Assembly (NCBI RefSeq): GCF_018977255.1 | Contig: NW_024704744.1 | Location: 80,228,001-80,292,000, forward strand | From: Callorhinchus milii | Lineage: Eukaryota | Direction: 5' to 3' | Length of the DNA stretch: 64,000 bases | Shown: positions 24,582 to 36,645 of the stretch, piece by piece | How the letters are laid out: each line of letters begins with the position of its first letter | Numbering within the stretch: the first letter of the stretch is position 1 | The notes under the pieces: generated by a model | The model's input: only the letters and a program-made list of their open reading frames with translations | The model's database searches: none | Told to the model about the DNA's origin: nothing | Made by a program: the position numbers and the translations under genes

Positions 24582-25095
24582 CCATTTTGGTGATGAAGCT
24601 TTTCCCATTGTGTGTGTGTAACATGATTAAGGATTACTTACCGGAGAGTGCATCTAAACTGTGCTGGATTGACAATGTATGTCCTTTACTCTGTATGTAA
24701 ACCAACTGCTGCTTTGACCAGAAGCTTGGAGAGGAAGTGAAGCTGCACATATTTTATATATTACACTCATTTAATATTTTACACACATTTCCCATCCAAG
24801 TTGGAACTGACCCCAAATATAATGGGAACATCCCATGGTGGTACTGCAGCCAGATAGAATAGGCACAACAAACAGAAGGATAAACTCACGTAGAAAAATC
24901 CTGCAACAAAATGATGAACATCAAGGGGGAGGATGGCCCCTGGAATGTTAGAGAGGATTTATCTCCTCTCTGGGGAGAGGGAACTGGAGGCTCCCGGGAT
25001 CAAGCTCCATGTAACCTGAGCCTCTGTTACCACCATGACACTTGCTGTCTGGCGTGGGTACAGCTGGTACCCTGATGTGGGATTCAGGCATTCTG

Positions 25096-28000
25096 CTATT
25101 TACACATTACCTGCTCTCCTGCAGAGGGTGAGAGAGAAGGTAGGGAGAAATAGAGAGGAAAGTAAAGGGGGGTGGGAGAGAGAACAGGGGAAGTTTTGTT
25201 AGTAGACTGCAGGAGTCAGAGCGCACACGCTGGGCAGTCAGAGATGATGGGATCGTCCTCAGTGTCTCCAGTCACTGGGCTTGGAGACCTCGTGGTCAGC
25301 TGCTGATGGAATGAATGGATGGAGGCCAAGTTGTCAAAGCTGCTGCTGTTGCTGTCACTCCACGTCCAGGACCTGCAGAGCTGAGCAAGGAGGAAAGTCA
25401 GACAGGGGACTCTGGCCAGGCCATGCAGTGATAGATATTGCTGCGTGGTATGGGCTAGTTTTGTGGCCCCGCGCTGTTGTGTCACTCACCTCTGCGTTGT
25501 TTTATGAGTGCTGCCCGGCGAGCTCTGACTTCCTCACTCAGCGTCTCCACCATTCGGTCGATGCAGCTGTCCAGCACCACGGAGCGTGTCTGCGAACAGA
25601 TTGGCTGCCGGCACATCGGACATTCCTGCTTCCGTTTCCGCCACTCCTCGATACAGTGGCTACAGAAGCTGTGTGAGCAGTTGAGTGTCACCGCCTGTGC
25701 GAAGACACTCCTGTGAGAACGGAAGACGCGCACACAGAAGAAGAGACACACACAGCACGAGAGAGAGAGAGACAGGCACCCACAAATAGTGCAGGAGAGA
25801 CACACAGACAGAGAGCCGCACACAGACAAAGAGACACATGAGAGCCATGCGCACACACACACACAAGAAAGATTTGAACCACAAAGTGAGTGAGAGGATC
25901 ACTCGTAAACACAAAGCAAGAGAGATATATACACACACACACAGCTGGAGAAATGCACACACAGCCTTTACCTGGATGAAGTGCTCGGAGCAGATGATAC
26001 ACTGCAGTTCATTTTCCAGCACGTCTGTGATCTCAGCGATGGCTTCCCGTCTCTGTGCTTGCTCCTTCTCACTCTGGAACACCAGAATCCAATGTCAGCC
26101 TTGTGCCCCCTACACACACACTGGCCAGCTTCCCCCCCATTGCCAGCAGCCTCCTCATACCCCCCACTGCCAGCCCCCTCCACATATCCCCACAATGCCA
26201 GCCCACTCCACATACCCCTCCCACTGCCAGCCCCCTACACATACCCCCACCACCCATACGCCCCCCACCACCCATACACCCCCCACCACATTGCCTCTCC
26301 CCCACATTGTCTCTCCACACCCAAACCCTGTTCCACCTATAGCGACACCCAGTAACCCCCACACCCACCCTGCCACATCCACACTGCCTCCCCCCACACC
26401 TGCACCGCCCACCCCCACAACAGCATTGCCCGACCACACCTGCACTACTCCCCTACCCAGACCGGAATCACCTTCCCCCGCTCCCTGTGCTGGATACTGA
26501 TCATCTGATGATGTTACCTTGCTCTCCTCCAGCTCCCGGTCCTTTGATTTAATGATCTCCTCCAGCTCCCTGCGCTGTTGCTGTAGAGCTGCTTCCAGTT
26601 CCTGATGTTGTCCCAACAAAAATAGTATCAATACCCCTTCACACAGCATGTGCCAGCCTCCCCACCCCATGGAGTGTGCCAGCCTCCCCACCGCACGGTG
26701 TGCCAGGCTCCTCACCACACACTGTGCCCATCTCCTCACCACACAGAGTGCCTATCTCCTCACTACACAGTGTGCCCATCTCCTCACCACACAGAGTGTG
26801 CCAGAACCCGCCCTTACACCCGTGAGGGAAAAAGGAAGAGTCAAATATATTTCAGGAGGGGAGGAAAAACTCAGAACTGTGGAGAGGAAGTAGCACAGAT
26901 TCATTGGTTGTGAGCAGCTGTGAGGTTGGGGATTGGAAAGAACTGGAACAGGCTATGTTCATTGGAGTAGAAGTGAAGAGTGGACATCCAGTTAATAGCA
27001 ATAATGAGACTATACACACACACGCGCCACACAACCTCACCTCCAGCTCTCGCTTCTCTGAGCCGGACCTCTCTCGCTGCTCCAATCTGTGCCTCCTTCT
27101 CTGTCTCTGCTCCAAGTTTGGCTTCTCTCTCTCTCGCTGCTCCATGCTGGGCCTCTCTCCCTCTTGCTGCTCAGCACTGGGCCTCTCTCTCTCTCGCTGC
27201 TCCGCACTGGGCCTACCCCTCTCTCGCTGCTCCAGGCAGGGCCTCTCTCTCTTGTGCTGCTCCAGGCAGGTCCTCTCTCTCTTGTGCTGCTCCAGGCAGG
27301 GCCTCTCTCTCTCTCGCTGCTCAGCACTGGGCCTACCACTCTCTCGCTGCTCCGGGCAGGGTCTCTCTCTCTCTCGTTGCTCCGTGCTGGGCCCCTCTCC
27401 CTCTTGCTGCTCATTACTGGGCCTCTCTCTATCTTGTTGCCCCGTGCTGGGCCTACTCCTCTCTCGTTGCTCCGGGCAGGGCCTCCCTCTTGCTCGCTGC
27501 TCCGCAATGAGACTCTCTCTCTCTCGCTGCTCCGCAATAGGCCTACCCCTCTCTTGCTGCTCCGTACTGGATCTCCCCCTCTCTTGCTGCTCCGCAATGG
27601 GCATTCCTCCCACTCGCTGCCTGTGTTCCATCTTGCGCTCTCTATAGCATTGTCCCCATGGCTCTGTTGCCATGCTGTCCTGGCTTGAAACTCTCTGGTG
27701 AGTTGGTGGCAGTGCAGCCTCTACACTGGTCCCTGGCATCTCGCCAGCTGCCATTGGTTGGGTCAGTTCACATCTGGACTCTGAGCTCTGGTCCCATTTT
27801 TCACACCTGGAGTCTGTGCTGCAGGACGATTTTTCCTTACATCTGGAGTTCGAGCATCCGCTCTGCTCCTCGTTCCTGGAATCTGAGCTCCAGTCTTCCT
27901 CACAGGACACTCGTGGCACTTTCCATTTTGGATGGGGTACCTCCTCCCGACTGTGCTTGCGTTTGGTCCGGCTGCAGTGGCTGCTGCGGTTGGAGTCCTC

Positions 28001-29314
28001 GCTCTCCACTGGCGCCTGCCTGTCTTGTATTAACTGGTACTCATACTCAGCTCGCTCCCTGCCTTCCAGAGGAACACCCAACTGCAACCGGTCCCCCTCC
28101 TGCACCACGTGCGGCACCAGAGGCTCAATCAGCACACCATTGATCCGCACTCCGTTCACGCTCTGCAAGATAATAATAATCTGGCATTTGATACAGCCCC
28201 TGCAATATCCAAAGGTCTCAAAGGGCTTTGCATGGAATTGCTGTCAAGTTTAGTGATAGTGTAGTCACAAACAAATATAACAACCATTAAATTAATGACC
28301 TATTTATCGGGGGGGGGGGGGATTGTTAGCCAGGACATCAAGAGAAACTCCCTTCTCGAATAGCGCTATAGATCTTTAACATCCACCTGAACAGGTAGAT
28401 GGGGCCTCGGATTAACGTCTCATCTGAACGACAGCGCCTCCCCACCAATGCAGCACAACGTCAGCACTGGAGGGTCAGTCTGGACTTTGATCTTAAAAGT
28501 CATGATGTCGCGTGGAGAGAGCTGAACCCGGTATCCAGCCCAATGCTACAGATGTCCTGGGCGTACAGAATAGAAACCCGAGGAAGGTAGACACAGAGTG
28601 GGAGTAACTTATACTCACTGTTTGGCAAAGGCCAAGACAAGTTCTGAGGACGGGGCTGAGGTCCTTACCCCCCCCCCCCCCCTCCCTTACCTTGTTATCG
28701 GTCACTGTCCACTGCCCATTTGACGCCAGGCGGAGTGTGCAGTGGTTCCTGGAAATCATCAACGGACAGGTCTTCGCAAACAAACGGTAGGTGACATTCA
28801 GCCCTCTGCCAAGTGTTACCTGAACACAAAACGTTAAGTCGCAGTAACAATAATAATAAAGCTTTGCATCTGACACACACCCTTATCGAGTCGTTGAGAC
28901 GTCACAGAGCGCCGCGTTGGGGTTTCAGTTTAGACGACGGTGCAGTTTCGAGTCTGACGTCTGGGGCTCAGACCCACAATCTTCTGCACTCGGGGGGTGG
29001 GGGGAGGGAGGGGGGGAAGGGGAGGGGGGGGGAGGGGGGGGGAGAAGGCCGCTCCCACTGCGCCAACTTCACCTCCAGTGTGTGGGCTTCACTTCCCACA
29101 GCGGGAGAGAGAGAGACCTGGAAAGGCAAGTGCCCGGACAGACAGACAGACAGACTGACTCAGGCTCCCTCACTGTGTCCATGTCCCCCCCCTATGTGTG
29201 TACCTCTTCCCTCGGGCTCAGTAAGAGTCGCTCCGTGTTTCCCGGTTCCACTCGCTGTAAAAACCAAACGCTCTCCGGCCCCCCGTCACCTCCCGGGCGC
29301 CTCTCCGCCGCCAT
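25096..29314 (-). CDS. RNF8: E3 ubiquitin ligase RNF8 (FHA plus RING), about 590 aa
   Basis: Exons 29314-29204, 28819-28691, 28162-27041, 26601-26518, 26073-25972, 25694-25490. The terminal exon is probably 25118-25096 (alternative 25372-25296). FHA motifs VTLGRG, CPLMISRNHC, DNKSVNGV, LQLGVP..AEYEY; RING LENELQCIICSEHFIQAVTLNCSHSFCSHCIEEW..CPMCR. Confidence 0.92.
27070..27600 (-). repeat. Coding 30-bp tandem repeat (EQRERERPSA-like) in RNF8 exon 3
   Basis: About 17 in-frame units, e.g. EQQERGRPIA, EQRERERPCL. Confidence 0.9.
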
Positions 29315-29329
29315 CCCCGAGCCCTCCAG

Positions 29330-29600
29330 CCTGACCACCGAGCCCCGAATCACCATCCACCCCAGTCCTCCAGGCTAAGCGTCGAGCCCCGAATCATCCA
29401 CCCCAGACCTCCAGTCTTAGCGTCGAGCCCCGAATCACCATCCACCCCAGTCCTCCAGGCTAAGCGTCGAGCCCCGAAACATCCACCCCAGACTTCCAGT
29501 CTTAGCGTCGAGCTCCGAAACATCCACCCGAGCCTGAGCACCAGCCCGAAATCAACAAGTCCAGCCCTGTGTCACACACCGAATCATCCACCCCAGCCTG
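29330..29600. repeat. About 40-bp tandem repeat just upstream of the RNF8 ATG
   Basis: AGCGTCGAGCCCCGAATCA(CCA)TCCACCCCAG repeated about 5-6 times. Confidence 0.8.
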
Positions 29601-31369
29601 AGGGTATCAAACAACAACAATCCTTGCAGTTGCGTTGTGAGGCGTCTCAAAGCGCTTCGCAGGATTGACTGTATTTTGCGGGTGAAACACGGCGCACTAT
29701 AGTGTCCCACAAGCAGTCGTGGTTTTGAGTAGCCAAAATATTTTTTGAAGGGATCATTACCCCAGAAAGCAATCTGCCAAACGACTAGCAACCGGGTTCC
29801 TATTTAAGCCTGGCAAACAGGTGTGAAGGGTAAGGAGACTTGCGTAAGGTTTCGTCCTTGCCAGGGAATTGAATGACCAAATAATGGCTGTGGGTGGGTA
29901 AGTGTGGTCTACTCGGCTGAAATGGCCCCAAGGTGATAGGCTTGACAACAGGATGCCAAATCAAAATCAAGTCCGGCACCCACTGTGACAGTCTTTACTC
30001 CAGTTCCTCATTTAGGCGGATCTGCAGCATTCTGGGGCACAGACCAGCCAAACTGGTTCATCACCAGGACTTAGTTTTAGTTTGCTTTTCACCCACAGGT
30101 GTATCACAGCTTCAGTCTTCTCATTTGACCTCCACATACACACACCAAACACCGGCAGACTTTGGAAAGCAATCATAAGCTGTACTCTGGTTGATATCTC
30201 TCCCTAATTCGAGGATACTGAGGCCATTTGTAGCCCAAGATGGGATCAGTAACTCGAGGGTGGAGTCTGGGACCAATCGCAGGACTAGGGAGCGCCACTC
30301 ACTGAACAATTGGAGCTGTAACCAATTGTAAAGTCGCCTGAAGAATGGCCCATTGGGACAGAACAATGACATTGACAGTACTGAAAACCATTTGTACACA
30401 TTATATCTGTGCTGCTCTGTCCCGTTTACCTGTCTTTTCCCTTACACCCCTGCAAAATGATCTTTTAGATACCTTGATGTCAGCCTGGCTCAGTCAGCAG
30501 CACTCTCAACAGAACCAGAAGATTATGGCTCAAGCCTCACGTTGGGACTTTGAACTCACATAGTAAAGGCTGACACCCCAGTGCAGTGCTGGGGCTGTGT
30601 TGCATTGCCGGAGGTGGTGTTCTTCAGATGAGACATTAAGACAGAGGTTCTATCTACCTGTTCAGGTGGATTTAAAAGATCCCATTGTACTATTAGAAAA
30701 GAGAATGATTTCCCATCATCCTGGCCAATAATCCCCCAAATAAAATTGGTCATTCACTTTATAGCTGTTTGTGGGCATTGCCTTTTGTGGGTTTGTCAAT
30801 CTGCTTAAACCCCACTCCTTTACCTGCCCTTTGCTCAGCTGACTCCAGCTCCCCATGTCCTTTATCCCTTTCACTACATCATCAGCGGCTGTGCTTTCCG
30901 CCTCTAAGCCCCCAAAACTCTGAAACTCTCTGGATCAAATCCTCTGCCTCGCCCTCACGCCTGAAGACCTTCCTCTTCATCCACGCTTATGGTCACCTCC
31001 CTCTTGTCCTTGGCTCGGTGTCAAGCTCTACCACTGTCAAGCACTCCCGAGATAATAATCCTTGCATTTGACAAGCGTTGCATTTGATATCATCGCTGAG
31101 CCGGAACTAAGAGTTCCACATACGTGCGTCACATACATGCGAAAACTTCCCATGTGTCTGGAAGGAAACGTACTGCTTGTCCGGCTCGGACCGCCTTACC
31201 CATTAGGGCTTTATGGTGCAAGGCTATCAGAAGCTGAGTGGGAAAATACCCAGTGACTGGACATTAACACGAGGCTGACGCTTGACACAGTAACAGTTTG
31301 GGCAACGTCAGGTGAAGCCTGACTGAGCCCACAGGGCAACAGCCACACACCATCCTCCCTGCCCTGAGC

Positions 31370-31760
31370 CCGGCTCTGGGGCGAGCGATCAGCCACTCGC
31401 GCTCTCGGGATGGACTGGTTGGGTCTGCGGCTGGAGCTGAACCCTATTGGCGGGCGGTGGTCCCCACGTGATTCAGGCCCCGCAGCCAATCGGCTGAGAG
31501 CAGGAAAGTTTCGGAGGGTTTTTTTTTCTCCCCTGAAGTTTGTCGGGGGATCCGATCTCGAGTGCCGGGAACCTGCCGTTCCCCCCCCCCCGGAGCTCGC
31601 GGGAGCTCACCGCGACTCACCGGCTCGCGGTTCCCCGCTTCATTTTTACCGTTGGTTTCGGGCGACAAATTTTGGAGAAAAAAAAGTGCAACTTCCTGGT
31701 CCGGGTTTAGGGCACTGACAGCTGTCAATTCCGGGAGAAACCAGACCCAAGATTCCGGGA
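31370..31760 (+). promoter_or_regulatory. CpG-rich promoter candidate for the MGAT2-like gene
   Basis: CpG-dense; ATTGG 31446, GC box GGGCGG 31452, E-box CACGTG 31465, CCAAT 31486. Confidence 0.6.
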
Positions 31761-31896
31761 CCCTACCCCTGGACAAACAAACCCACCTCCCGGGTGCTCC
31801 AGGGTGGGATGCGGATGGTGGGCTTGGGCAGGACTTTGAATCAGTTGAGTTGGGATTAAAACGGTATTTGCACAGGAGAATTTCCAGCAGAATTTT

Positions 31897-31928
<32 letters not shown>

Positions 31929-32182
31929 CCTTGCATTTGATGTAACGTCTTATCACCTCGTCGCGACGTCTCAAAGTGCTTCACAGGATTATACTGTAAA
32001 TTGTTTTTGACTGTGCATTTACAACGGAGTTTGTTTGTTTATGCTATATATTTACACAGAATTGTAGCAGATTTACACCGAGATTGTGATAGATTGACAC
32101 CGTGATTGCGGAAAGAATTACACGCAGGGATTTTAGCAGATTTCCACAAAGATTACGTCCAGAGTCGAGGTGTGATCTGAAA

Positions 32183-33445
32183 ATGAAGTTCCGGGTTTAT
32201 AAACGGAAGATCCTAATCTTGGCATTGGTTGTTTGTCTGCTTTTGTTGCTGATTTGGAATCGGTTGCATTGGGATACGAGGGAAGTTAACACTCGTTTCG
32301 ATGCAGCTTTGATGGTAGAAGAGAAAGAAAGTGGGACTCCCAAATCCTCTCAGGAGCTCGAGTCTTTACCCTACAACAACCCCTTGGAGCTGAGAAATGC
32401 CGTCTATCAAAATAACTTGCAATTAACAGTGCTAAACAGGGAGAAGTTCCACCAGCAGCCAGAGTTGGTGCTGGTGGTGCAAGTCCAAGGTGGGACGTCT
32501 AACCTCCGGATTCTGATCGAGTCGCTGCAGCAGAGCCCGGACATAGACCGAGTGCTGCTCATCTTCAGCCTGGAGCAGCTATCCCACGATATTACTCACC
32601 TCATCCAGAGGGTCGACTTCTGCCAGGTGCTCCAGATCTTCTTCCCCTACAGCCTGCAGCTATATCCTTTGGAATTCCCTGGTCAGGACCCACAGGACTG
32701 CCCCAGAGATATTTCCAAAGAGGAGGCGCTCAAGAGAAGGTGCAAAAATGCAGATTATCCTGACTCTTTTGGACACTACCGGGAAGCGCAGTTTACCCAG
32801 TCCAAGCACCACTGGGCGTGGAAGCTGCACTTCGTATGGGACCATGTCCTGGTCAACACCAACTATACTGGACCAGTCTTCTTCATAGAGGAAAACAACT
32901 TCCTGCTCCCAGACTTCTACCATCTTTCCAAGTTAATGACTGACCTACAGAAACAGAAATATCCCGATTGTCACATACTGAGCCTGGGCAGCCATGAGCC
33001 AGCTGAGCTGGACTCAGATGTAGCCAGGAAAGTGGACATCATGGGCTGGACAGCCACCAAACATAAAATGGGTATTGGCCTAAGCAGAGAGGTGTACAAC
33101 AGTATCATGCAGTGCCTGAGTGCATTCTGCACCTATGATGACTACAACTGGGACTGGACAGTGCAGCACATCTCTGCCCAGTGTCTGTCTCGGCCGCTCA
33201 AGGTAATGGTGCCCAGGTTAGCTCGCATCTACAATATTATGGACTGTGGTGCCAAAGAGTGTGACCTGGGTACCAAGGAAAAGAACATGCGGAGAGTACT
33301 GGAGTCTGCCCGCAGGAGCTTGTTCCCCACTTCTCTAAGCATTGGGCTCAGCCAAATCGCTGTCCCTCAGAGGCCTCACACTAAAAACGGGGGCTGGGGT
33401 GATGTGCGGGACCACAGCCTGTGTCAGAGCTATTCCAAGCTGTAG
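32183..33445 (+). CDS. MGAT2: MGAT2-like (GnT-II, GT16 family) type II Golgi membrane protein, 420 aa, single coding exon, with a degenerate metal/donor site
   Basis: N-terminus MKFRVYKRKILILAL plus a TM segment; FCQVLQIFFPYSLQLYP.EFPG.DP.DCPRD, YPDSFGHYREA, FCTYDDYNWDWT, NGGWGDVRDHSLC. Likely a paralogue rather than the orthologue. Met 32183 matches the family start. Confidence 0.88.
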   Translation: MKFRVYKRKILILALVVCLLLLLIWNRLHWDTREVNTRFDAALMVEEKESGTPKSSQELESLPYNNPLELRNAVYQNNLQLTVLNREKFHQQPELVLVVQVQGGTSNLRILIESLQQSPDIDRVLLIFSLEQLSHDITHLIQRVDFCQVLQIFFPYSLQLYPLEFPGQDPQDCPRDISKEEALKRRCKNADYPDSFGHYREAQFTQSKHHWAWKLHFVWDHVLVNTNYTGPVFFIEENNFLLPDFYHLSKLMTDLQKQKYPDCHILSLGSHEPAELDSDVARKVDIMGWTATKHKMGIGLSREVYNSIMQCLSAFCTYDDYNWDWTVQHISAQCLSRPLKVMVPRLARIYNIMDCGAKECDLGTKEKNMRRVLESARRSLFPTSLSIGLSQIAVPQRPHTKNGGWGDVRDHSLCQSYSKL

Positions 33446-33649
33446 ACAGCGCAGGAGAAAACAATTCGAGGAAAGAGCCTGAGCAATAGCCATGGCTTTC
33501 CCTCTTCTAATGTGTTAAAGTTGTTTGAGGGGTGGTGTTTTAATGTGGTGCCAAAGAATGGGGTTTAAGGGGAGTACTACAATATTTGCTATGATGCCAT
33601 GTGGTAGTGTTTACTTTCCATATTCAGTGAGTGGAAGCAGTAGTCAATG

Positions 33650-34345
33650 ATCAGGTTGGGTGAGTTGGTGGCGGGGTTGAGGGTCACTGCCTAGGTTGGG
33701 TGGGTCCGTACCTGGGTTGGGGTCTGAGCCTGGGTTGGGTGGGTCAATGGCGGGTTTGCGTGGGTTGGCGGCTGAGTTGAGGGTTGGTAGCCAGGTTGGG
33801 GTCGGTGCCCAGGTTGGGTGGGTTGGTGGTGGGCTTGATGGGCGGGGCGGGATTGGGTGGGTCGGTGGTGGGGTTGGGGTCCGTGTCCGGGTTGGGTGAG
33901 TCGGTGGTGTGGTTGAAGATCGGTGCCTGGTTTGGGTGGGTCAGTGCCCGGGTTTTAATAACAACATAAGAACATAAGAAATGCTAGACAAAAAAAGACC
34001 CAAGGTCCATCTAGTTTGCCTTCCACCTTCCATATATGCACATATGTCCCAAACTACCTATGTACTATATCCCATAATGTTATTTCTTAAAAGAAAACTG
34101 TGTTTGAAAGATTGAGTTGGGTGGGTCGGTGCCCGGGTTGGGTGGGTCGGTGCCCGAGTTAGGTGAGTCAGTGTCCAGGTTGGATGGGTTGGTGGCTGGG
34201 TTGGGTGGTTCGCTGGTGGGGTTGGGTGGGTCAATGCCCGGGTTTGGTGGGTCAGTGGCGGGTTTCAGTGGATAGGTAACCGGGTTGGGTTGGTCAATGG
34301 CGGGGTTGGGTGGATTAGTGGGAGGGTTGGGTGGGTCAGGGGATG
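33650..34345. repeat. (GGGTTGGGTGGGTCGGTG..)n G/T-rich array, interrupted by a CR1 tail fragment (about 33962-34110)
   Basis: Visible degenerate units; the insert matches 46660-46735 and starts with ACATAAGAACATAAGA. Confidence 0.8.
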
Positions 34346-34437
34346 ACAGGCAAGGCCATTACACTTGTGGGGTAGACAATTATTTACTGGTGTGCTCAGA
34401 TGAGGGGAGACGATAATTTAACATAATGTATTGAGGA

Positions 34438-34523
34438 AATAAAGCCGAAATATCTGACGGTATCTTGCCAAATTTGTACTCAGAGAATTTAAATCAGATG
34501 TAATCTCTTTCATTGATAATAAA
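34438..34523 (+). terminator. Candidate poly(A) signals (AATAAA at 34438 and 34518) for the MGAT2-like gene
   Basis: Two canonical hexamers about 1 kb after the stop codon. Confidence 0.5.
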
Positions 34524-34949
34524 GCAAACGTTTATATGTTTTCCAAATATCTTTGTGATGTGCAGGGGTGATTATTGAGGTGGAAGCGATGTAACTGCAC
34601 CAGTGGTTATAACACTCTCAATTACTTACCATCAGTGACATTTGGTGCTGTTAGCAAAAAGCCAATGGTGGGTTAATGATAACTCGAGCGCTGTCAGCAG
34701 AACTTGGGTTCTTCACTTATCCTGTGACTGAGGAAGATGGAGATGATTCCTAGTTCCCACCGGTCAATATCTGGATACTGGCACCTCAGATCATTGTCCA
34801 CTCGCCTACAGAATACGGTCACTGCTCTTTACAGTAAATCCTGTGAAGCACTTTGAGACATTGTTCCAACATAAAAGGTACTGTATCAAATGCAAAGATT
34901 ATTATTATTATTTGATGTTGCGTGACTATTATGGTGGTTGTCATTAGGA

Positions 34950-35830
34950 AGTGACAGCTAGTGACAGTTGGTGCTGGTTAGTGACAGTCAGCAGTGATGG
35001 GTTCTAGTTAGTGACAGTTGGTAGTGGTTAGTAATAGTGATCAGTGATAGTCAGCAGTGGTGTATGATGGTTAGTGACAGTCAGCAGTGATGGGTTCTAG
35101 TTAGTGACAGTTGGTAGTGGTTAGTGATAGTGATTAGTGACAGTCAGCAGTGGTGTATGATGGTGAGTGACAGGCAGAAGTGGTGTATGATGATTAGTGA
35201 CAGTCGGCAGTGGTGTATGATTAGTGACAGTCGGCAGTGGTGGGTGATGGTTAGTGACAGTCGGCAGTGGTGGGTGATGGTTAGTGACAGTCGGCAGTGG
35301 TGGGTGATGGTTAGTGACAGTCGGCAGTGGTGGGTGATGGTTAGTGACAGTCGGCAGTGGTGGGTGATGGTTAGTGACAGTCGGCAGTGGTGGGTGATGG
35401 TTAGTGACAGTCGGCAGTGGTGGGTGATGGTTAGTGACAGTCGGCAGTGGTGGGTGATGGTTAGTGACAGTCGGCAGTGGTGGGTGATGGTTAGTGACAG
35501 TCGGCAGTGGTGGGTGATGGTTAGTGACAGTCGGCAGTGGTGGGTGATGGTTAGTGACAGTCGGCAGTGGTGGGTGATGGTTAGTGACAGTCGGCAGTGG
35601 TGGGTGATGGTTAGTGACAGTCGGCAGTGGTGGGTGATGGTTAGTGACAGTCGGCAGTGGTGGGTGATGGTTAGTGACAGTCGGCAGTGGTGGGTGATGG
35701 TTAGTGACAGTCGGCAGTGGTGGGTGATGGTTAGTGACAGTCGGCAGTGGTGGATGAGTTAGTGACAGTCGGCAGTGGTGGGTGATGGTTAATAACAGTT
35801 TGGGTGATGGTTAATGCCAGTTAATGATGG
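34950..35830. repeat. 30-bp minisatellite TTAGTGACAGTCGGCAGTGGTGGGTGATGG
   Basis: About 18 identical units at 35221-35760 with degenerate flanks. Confidence 0.95.
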
Positions 35831-35937
35831 TGATTAGGGACCATTGGCGGTGTAGGTGAGCGACAGTTGCAGTGGAGGTGAGTGAGTTGGAGGAGGTTAG
35901 TTACTGCTGTACAAATGCAAATTGTTGTGGTTGTAAC

Positions 35938-36645
35938 TGACGGTTGTGGACGGTTAGTGACGGTTGTTGACGGTGCTCGTTGTTGGTGACAGTCAGTCAC
36001 TGGTGACTGACGGTTGTGGACGGTGCTCGGTGACAGTCACTGATGGTGACTGACGGTTGTTGACGGTTGGTGACGGTTGGTGACGGTTAGTGACGGTTGG
36101 TGACGGTTGTTGACGGCTGTTGACGGTTGGTGACGGTTGGTGACGGTTAGTGACGGTTGGGTTGACGGTTGTTGACGGTTAGTGACGGTTGTTGACGGTT
36201 AGTGACGGTTGTTGACGGTTAGTGACGGTTGTTGACGGTTAGTGACGGTTGTTGACGGTTAGTGACGGTTGGTGACGGTTGTTGACGGTTAGTGACGGTT
36301 GGTGACGGTTGGTGACGGTTAGTGACGGTTGTTGACGGTGTGACGGTTAGTGACGGTTGTTGACGGTTAGTGACGGTTGTTGACGGTTAGTGACGGTTAG
36401 TGACGGTTGGTGACGGTTGTTGACGGCTGTTGACGGTTGGTGACGGTTGTTGACGGTTAGTGACGGTTGTTGACGGTTAGTGACGGTTGTTGACGGTTAG
36501 TGACGGTTGTTGACGGTTAGTGACGGTTAGTGACGGTTGGTGACGGTTGTTGACGGCTGTTGACGGTTAGTGACGGTTGTTGACGGTTGGTGACGGTTGT
36601 TGACGGTTGGTGACGGTTGTTGACGGCGACTGACGGTTGATGACG
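35938..36645. repeat. 10-bp minisatellite TGACGGTT(AG/GT/GG) directly upstream of CMTR1
   Basis: About 65 tandem decamers. Confidence 0.95.

Noticed and set aside
26904-27688. Leu/Ser/Cys-rich plus-strand ORFs
   Set aside because: Antisense shadows of the RNF8 coding repeat.
32102-32182. N-terminal extension of the MGAT2-like ORF from the ORF track
   Set aside because: Begins at GTG; family homology starts at ATG 32183.
33650-34345. Interstitial telomeric repeat
   Set aside because: Units are GGGTTGGGTGGGTC-like, not TTAGGG.
35124-35762. (MVSDSRQWWV)n repeat protein
   Set aside because: Identical 30-bp units with no synonymous variation; a non-coding VNTR.
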